A DNA stretch of 64,000 nucleotides from assembly GCA_964106645.2 (NCBI GenBank), contig OZ067048.1, one strand, 5' to 3'. The position numbers and the translations under genes were made by a program. The first letter of the stretch is position 1; each line of letters begins with the position of its first letter. The notes under the pieces are model-generated. The model saw nothing but the letters and a program-made list of their open reading frames with translations. It was not told the DNA's origin and ran no database searches. Origin of the DNA: Podarcis pityusensis. Its lineage: Eukaryota. Shown here piece after piece: positions 11,782-24,363 of the stretch.

Positions 11782-13485
11782 TCATGGTCTTGCAGTTTAC
11801 CTTTCACAAAAGTAGGCTGCTCTTCTCTCCCCCCGCCCAGATCCATATGTCACTTTAACATACAATTTACCCCTGCACATTAAAGTATTTCAGTTAAGTA
11901 CATTGCAGTTTCTTCATGACTAAAAACCCTGTGCAACCTGTAATCTATGGTAGTAGAATTGTTGGTTTATTTGTTTATTTTTTAAAAAGGCTGCAGCTGA
12001 TCTATCACTCTAGTAGCAGCAGCAGAAGGCTCAGACCACATTGCTACACATAAAAAGTCCTCCAATCTAAGACACAGAGTGTCAGTACTGATGACCTGTT
12101 AGGTAGAAGCAAGATCATTAAATCCCTCTGACCTATCTGCCAAGCAGGTGATGAGCGCTGCACTCATAGGCTTGGGTGTTAGATACAGGCTTGGGCATTT
12201 AAACTGTGCACGGCAGTCTTCTCTATATACAGACACCATCCCGGAAACGGTTATTATTATTAATTTATATACCGCTTAAAGGCAAAAATGTGGGTGAAAA
12301 TGTGGCTTTTCTCTGTGTGTTCTTGCTAGATGCAAACACATTATTTAATTCTGTGAATGTTTAGGGGGTTTATGGAATAAAAACTTAAGCCCTGGTTGTT
12401 TGAGAAGCTGCAGTCTTGCATTCTGTCCTATTCAGCCACTAAGGAAGAGTTACTTCTGGTGGCTCCACAAAGCCCAAGGTTCATCTGACAGCCAAGGCTG
12501 TTTGTCTAGAGGGCATTCAGTGCAATGACACATACTCCTCCTGATAAACAGCATATGCTAATCATTTGTTGCTTTTGGTGCATGTAAAAAATGCTTTATG
12601 CAAGCAAGCTATATCGCCTTTTCTTCTAATTTTGTAGGTCTTAAGGAAAGTAACAGGAAACTATATTTTTAGCATATCTAATCTGCTGTTTCTTATTGTG
12701 CCACTGTTTAAACTTAAAAATACGTTCCAAACTCCAGTTCATACCTTGACTTGGCAAGGGAGTGCTGAAACAGTGTGACAGAGTAGCAGGAAGGCCTTCC
12801 TTTGAGTTTGGTTCTCCATGTGAATGCTCAAAGAAAGTTAGTTGGTGGCATTTTTCTTTCTCCAAAATAGTAGGTAAGAGATCCTGCTGACTTGTAAGGA
12901 TGACCAGCTCACAAGACCTTTATCCCACATTTTGGAGGCAGAGAAATGCCACCAACTACCATCCTTTGGCATTCACATAGAAGGCCTGGCTCATACTGAA
13001 TGCTATCTGCCATACATAAGGAATTCCCCCTAAATGTATGAACGAGGCTAGGATTCTTTATACATCTGGCTGAGACATGTGAAATGCTACGTAACTCAGC
13101 TCCTGGCACAGCCTTCTGCCCATGCGCTCAACTTAATTGAATGTTACTGTGATTTGTAAACCACTTTGAGTTTTTATTACAATCTATCAGTATATAAACA
13201 TCGTGAAATAAATTTGTCACCATGGATGGCAGCAGTCCCCATTTTATATTTGTGTACCCCAAAGTTTGCTTCCTCATTTCTTTATCATCTTCATCTGTCA
13301 GTATCATCTATTTTGTGTGTCTTGCAAAACACATTTTGTAAACCTGTATTTTAATAGGTATTACCAGTTTCTTTAAATATACTGAAGCATGATACATATA
13401 CAAAGAACTTGAATCATCTGGTTATGTTAACAAAAAGAAATATGTAGTACACTGATGAGATCAGGAAGTAGCTTTCGCTCTAGAA

Positions 13486-13648
13486 CAGTGGTTGCCAATT
13501 GGTGGTCTCCGGACCCCCAAGGATTTGTGGCACCATTCGCATAACAAAAACTACCTTAGAGATATACAACTTTTCAAAACCAGAGGGTCCATGGCTTGGA
13601 GTTTTGAAAAACAGGGGTCTGCAGTACTTAGCAAATTTGGATCCAGTG
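13486..13648. mobile_element. hAT/Charlie-type MITE in the last SLF1 intron
   Basis: TSD ctctagaa (13478-13485) and ttctagaa (13649-13656); degenerate TIRs cagtggttgccaa ... ttggatccagtg. Confidence 0.75.
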
Positions 13649-13922
13649 TTCTAGAACATCCAGCCTATGACTGACTCACCACATGACTGCGAGGGTGAGG
13701 AGAAAAGGTCTTAGCAGGGCATTTCACCCCATAATCTTTAAAGGCACATAGTATACGCCTGAAAGAGGCTTAACAGTTCTAATTCGTTTGGGAATTAAAA
13801 TGTGATTTGTTAATCAAAAAGCTTTAGATGCTGCAGACAAAACTGCAGATACTGAAAAACAGCCAGTTGTTTAGCTGCGCTAAATAAACTATTTCCTATT
13901 TAATGTTTTGTTTCTTCTGCAG

Positions 13923-14416
13923 GACCAGTACTGCTACAGCAGAAAGATTCTGAGGGGAACCTGCCACTGGATATCATAAAGTGTGAAACAACTAAGCAGC
14001 AACTTTTGCATCTTGTTAATCCAGAAGAGAAAGTTGAGGAATTCCATGCACAAGTGGAAAGCAATTTTCATAAAACACAGACAGAATTTTGGACGGTCTT
14101 ATATTGCAAGATGTTGCTAAACTTTTGTTCTGTATATAAGCTATTTAAGCCTTTTTCTGTAGCCTTTAAAAAGCTAGCCTGCTCCAAACCATTGCTGATG
14201 ACAGCTGATTGTTGCAAGCTTAATGCTAGCTCTAGCCATTGGTTCCTAGATCTTTATTTTAGAGAGCTTGAAACCTTTCGACATCTCCCAGTGTATCTTC
14301 AGAAGATGATTGAGGAGCTTAAAAAGGGCACAGGTGAACAGCAGCAAGCTTTTGCAGCAACACTACAGCAAATTTCAGTGGAAATCCAAATGTCTAACTG
14401 TTATTTGGCCAACTAG
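13923..14416 (+). CDS. SLF1: SLF1 terminal coding exon, GPVLLQQKDSEGNLPLD...QQISVEIQMSNCYLAN*
   Basis: tttcttctgcag| acceptor; open to TAG at 14414-14416; 'GPVLLQQ..G.LPLD', 'MLLNFCS' and 'W.LDLY' match the SLF1 C-terminus. Confidence 0.96.
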
Positions 14417-14458
14417 CTTCCAAACTAGGACTGCTTGCCGAAAGCTCATAGTCTTAAC

Positions 14459-14579
14459 CCTGGGGTAGCTAATGTGTCCTTGGATTCCAGCTCCCATCAG
14501 CTCCATCCAGCATGACCAATGATAAGAGATGATGGGAGTTGTTGTCTTGGCAGCATCTGGCAGGACCTCATTGATCCTG
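14459..14579. mobile_element. Degenerate palindromic hAT MITE in the SLF1 3'UTR
   Basis: Core agctcccatca...tgatgggagtt related to 54286-54420; flanks gtcttaac and gtctaaca. Confidence 0.7.
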
Positions 14580-15191
14580 GTCTAACATGTTTATCATCTT
14601 CAACATATAAGCATAATACCCTTGCCTGGTTGACCTACTGATCCCCACAAGGGAACTAAGACTGTATTTGCCTGATTTAGCCGTAACACAAAACTGGCTT
14701 CCTACTACAATGCGAACAAGCTGTACAGAATATCAGGTTTGCACACTTTCCTTTCCCAGAAGAGAAAACCAGAATCGTCTGTTCCCAGTTTTGCATTAAC
14801 CACATTTTCCCTTATGCTGTTTGAACTCGGGAAACTTACTTGATTCTATCTTGTTCCCACTAATTAATTAAGCAAGCTGTTTTCTCACATGCTGGCTTGT
14901 CCTCACCAACTAGTTCGTAAACAAACTACTCTCCAGGCTCAGACGTCATAGGAAACTGAAAGTGGATGCTTCTTACTTGGGCACTACAGCACATTCCCAT
15001 ACTGGGAAACTGGTTTCCCACCAGCTGTGAAACAGCCCATAGTCTCTTAAAATGAGGGGTGGTGAGCTCTAGCAACTATCGTGGCACCAACTCAGGGGAT
15101 CCTTTTACTCCATCCTCTCAAGCGACACTTCATTTTGTTGGCTACCTCATTTTGTTGTCTGCAATCACTAATCCTGTATAATATTTTTGTT

Positions 15192-15552
15192 AATAAAATT
15201 GTTTTTGTAATGTGATCAATATTTGAATAGAGTAATGTATACTTGGTTCATTTACTTTTAGGAGGCAATATACTACCACAATCACACACTGCATTCACAA
15301 TTTATTTGAGAATGAATAAAGATGCTCTTGATCCTAATACTGTCATTCTCAAATTATGAGGCAGCCCACCTTGGGTGGTGTGGGGGAATTTGGAAGATTT
15401 AAGGCCACTCTAAAAGGTTGGGCATGTTAATTATCTTGTGTAGGAGGCAACAGTATCTAGGGGAAGTTGAAGTTTCCATAAAACATGCCCTAAGATTGCA
15501 CTCTTATTAAAGCTTTATAAATGTAATTTGGAACCAAAAACCATTAAATAAA
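15192..15552 (+). terminator. Candidate SLF1 polyadenylation signals: AATAAA at 15192-15197, 15315-15320 and 15547-15552
   Basis: AATAAA hexamers 0.8-1.1 kb after the stop; the first is followed by T/GT-rich sequence; the site used cannot be determined from sequence. Confidence 0.5.
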
Positions 15553-15699
15553 TTAAAATGGTTGAAGCATAGCTTCATTATGTATGTTCATTAAACAAAC
15601 ATTTTGTAATTTGAAAAAAAAGTATTTAAAAAAATCCAGTGCTGATTTGAAACAAAATTCAGGAGCACCTTAGGCTAAAGCAGCACTTTGCAAGATAAG

Positions 15700-15865
15700 T
15701 GGGACTGGTGTGGTAGTGTTGGACTAGGACTGAAGAGGCCTGGTTTTGAAATCTGTCATGAAGCTCATTGGGTGCTCTTCGTTCAGTTACCAGATCTTAG
15801 CCTAACATACCTCACAGAGCTGTTGTGAGACTGAAATGGCACAGGGCCTTGAACTCCTTGGAGAG
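15700..15865 (+). mobile_element. MIR/CORE-like squamate SINE remnant
   Basis: gtgttggactaggactg...catgaagctcattgggtg...cttagcctaacatacctcacagagctgttgtgag. Confidence 0.65.
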
Positions 15866-16128
15866 TAGATTTACTCAGTTTCTAAATATGCCCATGGGAA
15901 ACCTAAGTGTAGAAGCTGAGCACATCATCACTTGTCCCAACTCTAAAAATGGAGCTAGAACGTAGCCACTGTAGATAGTAGCCAACAACAGCCTTATCAG
16001 ATAGGTATAGATTTATGTAACACAGAGAGAACAAATCTACAAATGATTGTGTACAGAATTCTTTAATCCCAAGGCGTTTTGAGATTTGATTTTGCAAGGT
16101 AAATATTAGGGAGCTACTCATTATGTAA

Positions 16129-16264
16129 ATCATAGAATCATAGTGTTGGAAGGTACCCAAAGGGTCATCTAGTCCAACCCCCTGCAATGCAGGAATATTT
16201 TTGCTCAATGGGGCTCGAACCCACAACCTTTAAGAGTCTCATGCTCTACTGATTGAGCTATCCC
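16129..16264 (-). mobile_element. tRNA-Lys(CTT)-derived SINE with CR1-type 3' tail
   Basis: Minus strand reads ggatagctcaatcagtagagcatgagactcttaa...ggttcgagcccca (A and B boxes, tRNA-Lys-like), then ttggactagatgacc...ccttccaac...atgattctatgat CR1 tail. Confidence 0.85.
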
Positions 16265-16788
16265 AAATAATTAACTTATTTAATCATTATTTTGAATAGT
16301 TCAGTGAGCCTTCTGCCTTAACCATAGCAACAATCAATTCTAACAGAGCAAGCAAAAAGTGGCCTTATTTTAACAAAACAAACTTTACCAGTAGAAGAAG
16401 TGTATCTTTTGAAACATCCATGTAATAAAATATACTACTTTCTTACACAACGTTTTGTTGCTTTTGCTTGCACAATCGTATAACCAAACACTAATACCTT
16501 CCCCTTCCCCAAATCCTCATCCAGACATTTTGATGAAGTTTGGCCCATACAAATCTGCAGTGATGTTAGAAGCATTGTAAGGTTATGTCAGCCATCCTGA
16601 TGATGTGATGTAATGCTCTAAGAGAACAATAAGGAGGGCCATGTCTTACCATCAGGGTCTCTGAGCTATGTACTGTTGTTGAGAACATAGAAGCATGCTG
16701 TTAACATGCTGGGACATTTGTATAATACAGTGATTCAAATAATTATTACCATTACTCTACAGTACCTAGAGACACTGGCCTGAAGTAG

Positions 16789-16920
16789 TCATAAAATCAC
16801 AGAGTTGGAAGGGACACTAAGGATCATCTCGTTTAACCTCCTGCAGTGCAGGAATATGCCAGTGTCCCATATGGGGATCAAACCTGCAACCTTATTATCA
16901 GCACCGCACTAACCAACTGA
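16789..16920 (-). mobile_element. tRNA-Ile-derived SINE with the same CR1-type 3' tail
   Basis: Minus strand reads tcagttggttagtgcggtgctgataat...aaggttgcaggtttgatccccatatgggaca (tRNA-Ile-like), then attcctgcactgcaggagg...cccttccaactct tail. Confidence 0.78.
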
Positions 16921-18704
16921 AGTCCTGCTACAGTACAACCCAAAAAATACAAATTTGTGTTATAATACCATCAGAACAGAGATGATATGAGCGAGGCATA
17001 AATACAACCATTCAAGATTCAAGCCTATTTCCTCAAGCATTGTTCAAAACATCACAAGCATTTCAAGAGCAATGTTAATAAATCGTCACATCTGAAGATG
17101 TCCACTAAAATTTGGATTATAAAAACCTGATTCAATACCAATTTCTGCTAAAAATGTCAGCCCCACACTAAATATTTTTAATGCGTAGGACTGGTTGCAC
17201 AAGCTGTTAACAGAGAGTAAATTGCAGAAAACATCCTAATTCATAAAAATGAATTGCGAAAGTTCATTTATTAACAGTGCTTAAAGTACACTTCCCTCTG
17301 TAAGTACAAAAAAAGTTTTAGTTAATATAAACCACATCATAATGCTCTAAATTTTGCTTTCTAAATCACTATCTCCACTGAAAGTTCTTCCATGTTCACT
17401 TGAGCAAGTGCTTATCAGCATCTTAAAACCACACTGCGTTTAAAGTATTATTTTCAAGTTTTAATTGTTGGTGACATTTCTGACCATGCTGAGTTCCCCA
17501 TTTATCTGTACAGTAGCTTATATTTTCTGCTTCACAGTAAGTCTATGTTACCGAAACAACTCTGATCCTTATGTGCTTTTTTATAATGAGGTCTTATTAC
17601 ATTATCTGAAATGTCCTAAAATTTCTCTGTTATGTGCTAAACTCTCTGAGAAGAATAAATGTGATGTGTCAGTTTGATGTGGTCAGCCTATCATTAGTTT
17701 AAACCTTTTCAAAGCAGACCTTCTCTGTGTGGGGGACATGCTATCTATAATGGCTCTTAAACTGCTAAAGATGGATTTTTTTCATATGGATACCATGTGG
17801 ATTGATGATAACATAGTCTATCTCCTCTATCAACCCCTTATGATTTTAGGAGTGTTCATGGAACATGAAGAATTGCTTGTTCCCTGATGTGCCTTTTCAG
17901 ACTCAGCACAAAAAGAAGGGAGGGAACTGATAAGATTAAATGACTGAGTACACTTATCAAAGGCTCTGTCATGGATGTATTTATAGGGAGTTCACTCCTG
18001 TTATTAAATTAAGACTTTTTTTACCCTTGGCAAATTCATAAAAAACCCCGCTTTTGAAAGTATGCGGTACTGCAGCAAAAGCTGAAGTAGGTGTAGGAAA
18101 CAAGCCTTTGAACTATTACTAACCTGTTTGCCTACAAGAAGTTCCAACCATTCTTAGGTTTGCTATCCTTTCAAAGACAGGCTACATCATGATGCTTTCT
18201 GAGTCCATAGCAAAAAATATTCTATCCCCAAAGAAGCTTTATAACCAGATGGACTGCGTTCATCTCATTTTATGGCTTTTCCATTTAATACTTGCTGCGA
18301 TGGCTCCAGTTTTTCTAAACATATTCTTAAGTGAAAGCCTCCATTATCCCTAACAATGGTTCATGGGAGATGAATTCCAACAGTATGTGGTGACATTTTA
18401 GCTATTTGGGGCTGCTGGCTCTAGTATGCAATGCTTCCAGGATGTTAGTGAAAAGCTGCCTAGATTGAGGAGGACAGAGAAAATATCTAATGTCCTGTTT
18501 CTCCAGCCTACCAAGAGATGCTTCCCAATAGCCCTCTGCACAGAGAAGGTTGCACCCACACAATATAGGAGTCAAGATCAGTATTTCAGCAATTACAATG
18601 CTGAAAAGGAAAGGAAATGTGTGAATAATCAGTTTGCAGTCATGTAAATCGATAGGAGAGAGTTCACATACAGGAGCATGATGGGAGTGTGATTAAGGAC
18701 TACT

Positions 18705-18815
18705 TCAGGAATGGGAACTGGCTGCCTTCCAGATGCTGGAGTCCAGCTCTCATCAGCCTCAGCCAGCACAGCCATTGGCCAGGGATGTCAAAGTTGTGGT
18801 CCAGCAACATCTGCA
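18705..18815. mobile_element. Degenerate palindromic hAT MITE
   Basis: ccagatgctggagtccagctctcatc...agggatgtcaaagttgtggtccagcaacatctg. Confidence 0.65.
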
Positions 18816-18929
18816 TGTTTTGGACAAAGTGGATAGAAATAGGTTTCTCTCTCTCCCATCTCCTAGAATACCAGATTCTAGATGCCATAATTCTATAACA
18901 TGGGACAATCCAAAGAAGAAGAATGCTGG

Positions 18930-19200
18930 AGAACAGAAGTACTTCTTTGCATACTGCATTGTTAAAGAATGGAATTCATAAACCCAGGATGTGATAATAA
19001 CCACCAGCTTGAACAGCTTTGAAAAGGTGTTGCCAAATTCTTGGTTAATAAGCCTAGCAATGGCTACTAGTCACAATGACTATATTTTAACAGCTGCCAG
19101 GAAGCACAAGAGACTGCTGCTGCACATATGTCCTGCTTGTGGGGCTGTCGTGGACAACTAGTGGTTCCTTGGGAGAAAAGGAGGCTAGACTAAATGGTCA
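18930..19200 (+). mobile_element. CR1 LINE 3' fragment
   Basis: KYFFAYCIVKEWNS resembles the CR1 ORF2 end KYFFTQRIVKLWNS; followed by caatggctactag and a CR1-like 3'UTR. Confidence 0.75.
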
Positions 19201-20019
19201 TTTCCTCTTAAGTTCTTGCATGATGTGGTGATAGTGATTTCACTACTAGTGCATAGTTAAAAGAGAGGTTTAGAACAGATGTTCGTGCAGATGGCTATTT
19301 CCAGCGTTTCAGGAATGCAGAATTAACCAATTTAAAAGGAAAACAACATTGGTTGCAGACAGGTTTTCAGGCTTGACTTTGAATTTCCTGAGGCTCTCCT
19401 GGATCGTAGCCTGAAAATTACAGCACCTTTTATGTTTTAATAGAGAAATGACGGAACAAGCATACCCTATTGCGACTTTGTGATTGCTACAAAAGAATTT
19501 TAGTTTCAGCTCTTGCTTAGAGCCCTGCAGCATGAACAATTACATTTTGCCCACATTTGTAATCCACAAAATGATGGCTGCCACATCTAATGGCTGCGCT
19601 AGAGCAGTGGCATCAACTTGCGGCCACATTGTGGCCATTCTTCCCCTTCCTCCCAGAATGCTCCTGGGAATGATGTTGTGTCATGACAAGGCGCCATTCC
19701 CAGAGGTAGTCCATCCCAGAAAAGTTGCTTAAAGTGGCATTAAGTTTGTCATTCATTAGGTTTTTAAAAGAGGAGGGGGAAGGAAAAGAACCACCCCCAG
19801 CAACCTTGCATTTAAAAAGGTAAAATTAGAATTACTTTTAATTTGCCCATCCTTTGAAAGCAACCAATTACCCCCTCCCTCACTTTCACACGGGACGAAT
19901 GGTCATACAAAAATAGGCAGAGGAATATATTTTGCATAACTTGAGCCCCAAAGCATTTTCCTTCAAATGACAACCCAAGTTGGGACTTATTTCACTGCAG
20001 CAGTGGAGACAGAACAGAG

Positions 20020-20275
20020 CCAGTAGCCATTGATGGACAAATTAATGAAGGATAAGACAGATGGCTTTACATCATGTGGGAGTTAATTCCATAGTTTAAC
20101 CATGAAGAAATCCTTTGTTTAATTCTGCCCTGGATCTCCCAACATTCAGCTTAATTGAACCCCCCAAATTATAATGTTATGAGGGAAGGAGAAAAACTTT
20201 TCTCTAGCCCCTTTCTCCACACTATGCTTAATTTTCTATGCCTCTATCATGTCTCCTCTTGTTTTTCTGCAAATG
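20020..20275 (-). mobile_element. CR1 LINE 3' fragment
   Basis: gtagccattgat, ttccatagtttaac, ttctccacactatg and cctctatcatgtc are the reverse complement of the CR1 ORF2 end. Confidence 0.7.
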
Positions 20276-20420
20276 AAAAAGCCTGAAATTTTGAAATCTG
20301 AAATTTGATGATTTTGCACACAAGTCAAGGAGGATTGAACTCCCTGTGCAGCTGATGGGGGTGGGTGGGGGTGACAATTTTGCTTTCACTAAGTATTGGG
20401 CTGAACAAGCACCCGATCCA

Positions 20421-20876
20421 CCTCCACATGTAGTGGGAGTGTCCCAAAATCCAACTATTCTGGACAACAGTCATACAAGAAATATGTAAAATAACCAAGC
20501 AAGTATTAGAAATCAAAGACCACCATAGCCAACCACAAATGAACAGCCACACCCTAGGCCAACCCCAACCTCTCTCACCACCAAAGGAAAACAAGTGAAC
20601 AGCAGAGAACCCGCACAAGCAATGCTGACACAAAACCCCACATATATTAAGTAAAATAGAAACATCACCACCCGACCCCACCCCCACTCATATTTCCCCC
20701 CCCCACACCTCTTTCCCCCTATTCTTCCTAATGTCTCAACAAATGAAACCAATTTGTAATTTTTTTAAAAAAAAATTGTTACATGGGGGAAAAAATACAA
20801 GAGAGAGAGACATTGCACATACCTTTGTAAATCAAGAAAATCTTTAATAAAAGTACCTTTAAAAAAAACACAAAAC
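20421..20876 (+). mobile_element. 5'-truncated L1 LINE insertion
   Basis: Perfect 15-bp TSD caagcacccgatcca (20406-20420 and 20877-20891); begins with L1 ORF2 C-terminal motif LHM*WECPKIQLFWTTVIQEICKIT; AATAAA at 20846-20851 and an A-rich tail. Confidence 0.88.
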
Positions 20877-21569
20877 CAAGCACCCGATCCAGCTGCCTCA
20901 ATCAAGCGTGGGGCAGGTGGACATGATCTGGGGAAAACAACTGCAAGAGCCAAATTGGGAAGCCTGCAGTTCACCATTTCTGATTCATATGCCCTCAAAA
21001 AATACAAATATATTTGTGAGGCAGGAATTGCCTTTGCAGAAGCCATGCTGATTCTGCTTCAGCTAGACTGGTTCTTCTATCTGCTTCATAAATTAATCTT
21101 TAATGACGCTTTCCACCAGTTTTCCCCATTCTTGGTTGGGGGAAAGGGGCAGCTGCTTGCAGGATCAAGCTGAGTACAGTTTTTCTTGACTGATTGAAAG
21201 TTTTCTTAGCATCTCTGCTTTAATACTGTACTTGACAACATCCTTATTATGAGTATTTCTGTTTGCAATCATCATTTAACAAAGTATGTTTACATTCATA
21301 ATCATTACAGGAAGCTCTCAAGACAGTGTGCGGTGTGTGAGAGAGAAAAGGGACAGGAAGAGACTGCTGGCTACTCAAAGTTCGAACTTCTGCTTAATTC
21401 TCTTCCCTGTCCCCAATTCTGCCACTGTTTCAGATGTGCTGCAAAGCACCCATCCATTAATGGCAAGCCAAGACCTGCCCACCTGCAGTGCATATCACCT
21501 TAAAACATCTAGCGGCTTCCTCCTTCAACCACCACCTGGAGGTGCCCAAGAACCTTGAATAGTTTGATG

Positions 21570-21660
21570 AAGGCTTCCTCAGCCTGGTGCCCTCCCAATA
21601 TTTTGCCTGCATCAGCCCCAGCCAGCATAGCCAATAGTCAGCAATAGTGGGAAATGGAAT
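21570..21660. mobile_element. Partial palindromic hAT MITE
   Basis: catcagccccagccagcatagccaatagtcag...tgggaa core of the same family. Confidence 0.5.
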
Positions 21661-23499
21661 CTTTGTTGGTCCACTTACCCAGCCAGTCCTGCTATTCTTG
21701 CTGCTCTATTCCTCCTCCTCTTTCCCCCCCTCCTGCTTCGGAATGTATGAAAACACTGGCTTCACTATTACCCCACCCCCTGAACTGATTGACAGCCCTG
21801 TCAGGCTTGTCAGCTTGAAGTAGGCCCCAGCTGGAGGCTTTGCTGGGTGTGGCAGATGGGACCATCAGTGGAGGAGGTGAGTTTCACCACCTGCTCAGCC
21901 AGACCTATACTCACTGCCACATTCCTCCTCCTCCTTCTTTGTTTCCTCCCTATTTGTGGAGCACCTGGCACCATTGTTGTCTGTTTTTAGGCACCAGGCA
22001 AAAGCATTTCTATTTACTCAGTCCCTTGGTCTTTAATTGGGAGAATAACCAGTTATGTCTGTGGACTCTTTGTGCCCTCCTTTTAAGTGGTGTGGTATGT
22101 AGGATAACACAAGGGCATTTTCTATCTTGTTTTTAAATTAGGTTTTAATGTCCCTTGTTCTTTCTACAATATAACTTGTTTTGAGACACTTTGGCGTAAA
22201 AAGCAGCAAATAAATAAAAGAAATAGTCCGTAGCGTCTGGAGGGAAGCAAGTGGAGGGAAGCTTGATCTGACACATCACAAAACACTTAGCAAAACCGCA
22301 CAGGGGTGGCATGGTGACAATGGGAAGAGTCATGCTATGATGAGGTGCATCTCCCTATTCTGCTTCCCATAAGTAGAGGGAGCAGATTGCAGCCACTCTG
22401 ACGCACATGGTTCCTGTCAAATCTCTGAAGGGAGTGCACTCTCTGTTCCACAAACCGCAGACCTAGCCAAATATTCCTGGTCACTAGTTTTAAATGGTTG
22501 CTTTTTCATTTTGTTCACAGCTTCAACTTGTAGGTCTGCTCAGGGTACCACGCTCAGAACTTTGTAGTTGCTTGCACTTTAAAGCTCCCATGTCTGAAGC
22601 CGTGCAAACTTAAGACTACATCAAGGCTGTACTCCTATATACACTTATTTGGATGAAAATTCTATTGAACTTGATGGGAAATACTTCCAAGTAAAAGTAC
22701 ATAAACCTCAGGCTCAAAGGATCGCTTCAGACCGAACTGTGGAAAATGTGACTTGAAAGTGTGACCTGATTTCCACTCTACTGGATTAAAGAAAAACACA
22801 AACACCCAAAATACTATTTCCATCTCTCTCTCTTATTGCATTTCAAACAGTAATTCATGAAACATCTACTGTGAAAAATGAACATTTTTCTCCCTAAGTG
22901 ATATTTGAAAATTACAGTTATGAATGGATTTTAGCAGTAGATAGAAAACCTAAACATTTTGCAAATTTCTTTTGTCTCCCTCAATAGATTTAAAATTGTT
23001 TATAGCAAATGTTGTTCTACTACAAAGCAGCTTTATGTGGTTCTGAAAGCAAATGCCTTTTTAAAAAATGCCTGAGGTGAGTTATCAAAATAAGGACACT
23101 AACAGGTGTAGATGCTTACTCCAGAATTAATTTTATCACACAGAGCATCTTGAAACACTTGACGCTTAAGGCAGGGTTATTCCCCAAAGAAGTTTCCTTT
23201 CCAAAGGAGAACATCAACAGCTTACAGACAAGTCACTAACAGAAATATGAAAAACTTGGTATTAATTATTTCATGCAAACTCTCTTGCATGGATTCTAAG
23301 CTTGTAAACTTAGCAGTAACCCTTGATAAATGTGTGGAAAGGCAAAGCATGTTCTCAGGCAGGAAAAACGTGGTTTATTTACTCATTCAGCAGCTGAATT
23401 CCAGCTGTGATACTCTACCTGGTGCTATGAAAAGATACTGCTGAGTCTCATGATTACGCAGCACAGATATTTATTTGGCACGCACCTGAATTCTATATG

Positions 23500-23970
23500 A
23501 ATTTATGGAGTAGTCCACATTTGGAATACCATGTGTAGTTCTGGTAACCATCTTAAAAAGACCTGGGAAAGTACAGAAAGGGAAAACAAAATTACTATGT
23601 GGATGGAACTTCCATATAATAAATGGAGAACAGGAATGAAGCCGATAAAAAAAATGCATGTTTTGAAGAAAATGAGGAGACAAGGTTTTATCCCTCCTGT
23701 TATTAGGACTTGGAATCATTCAATGAAACTGACTGATTAACTGTATATTCAGGACAGACAAATGGCACTTTTGCACACACCATGCAATTCATTTACAGAA
23801 TGTACTGACATGAGTTTAGATGGCTTCAAAAGGCGATCAGACACTCATGGGTGATAAGCTCTAATGGCTTTTGATGGTAGCTGGTTGGAATCTCAGTACT
23901 CAGCGTGCCACTGAACATACAGCAGGAGAGTCTGTAGTCTTTATGTCATCCTTGTGGGCTTCCTAGGGTC
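23500..23970 (+). mobile_element. Degraded CR1 LINE 3' fragment
   Basis: ccacatttggaataccatgtgtagttctgg resembles PHLEYCVQFW; ttagatggcttcaaaagg resembles LDGFKR. Confidence 0.75.
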
Positions 23971-24040
23971 ATCCCTGCATTGCAGGGGGTTCGACTAGAT
24001 GATCCTTAGATCCCTTCCAACTCTTCTATGGTTCTATGAT
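23971..24040 (+). mobile_element. 5'-truncated copy (tail only) of the tRNA-CR1 SINE, apparently inside an older CR1 3'UTR
   Basis: cctgcattgcagggggttcgactagatgatcc...cccttccaactc...ttctatggttctatgat. Confidence 0.75.
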
Positions 24041-24363
24041 CCAGTTAACCATTGCAGAAACCAAAAGGCAACAGCCCCCTGCAGGAGAAGAGCTCAGATG
24101 GGGTGTTGGGAGATCCAAAGGCAGCAATTCCAAGTGCATTTATAACTCTAGGAGAGAAAATAACTTCTCTAAGCAGTCACCAATATTACTTTTAATTGCT
24201 GGCCCCAATCCAAAGTGGTCATTATAGATGCTTTCCCATCAATACCGTTATGCAAATTGTGGACATTTGCTCTCCCTGAGCATGGGAGAGTGGGGAGTAT
24301 ATGAACTCTTTCTTCTTTATCCCGTAATGCTTCACACAGTAAATCAATCGTTTGTCATATGAG

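Noticed and set aside
11628-11858. Poly-Asn and poly-Ile ORFs; also CV-repeat ORF 8330-8530 and poly-Ala ORF 56671-57057
   Set aside because: Translation artefacts of (TAT)n, (TG)n and (AGC)n microsatellites
16200-16264. Functional tRNA-Lys gene (also 26640-26716, and tRNA-Ile at 16860-16920)
   Set aside because: Deletions and mismatches break the cloverleaf, and each is fused to a CR1 tail, so these are SINE heads
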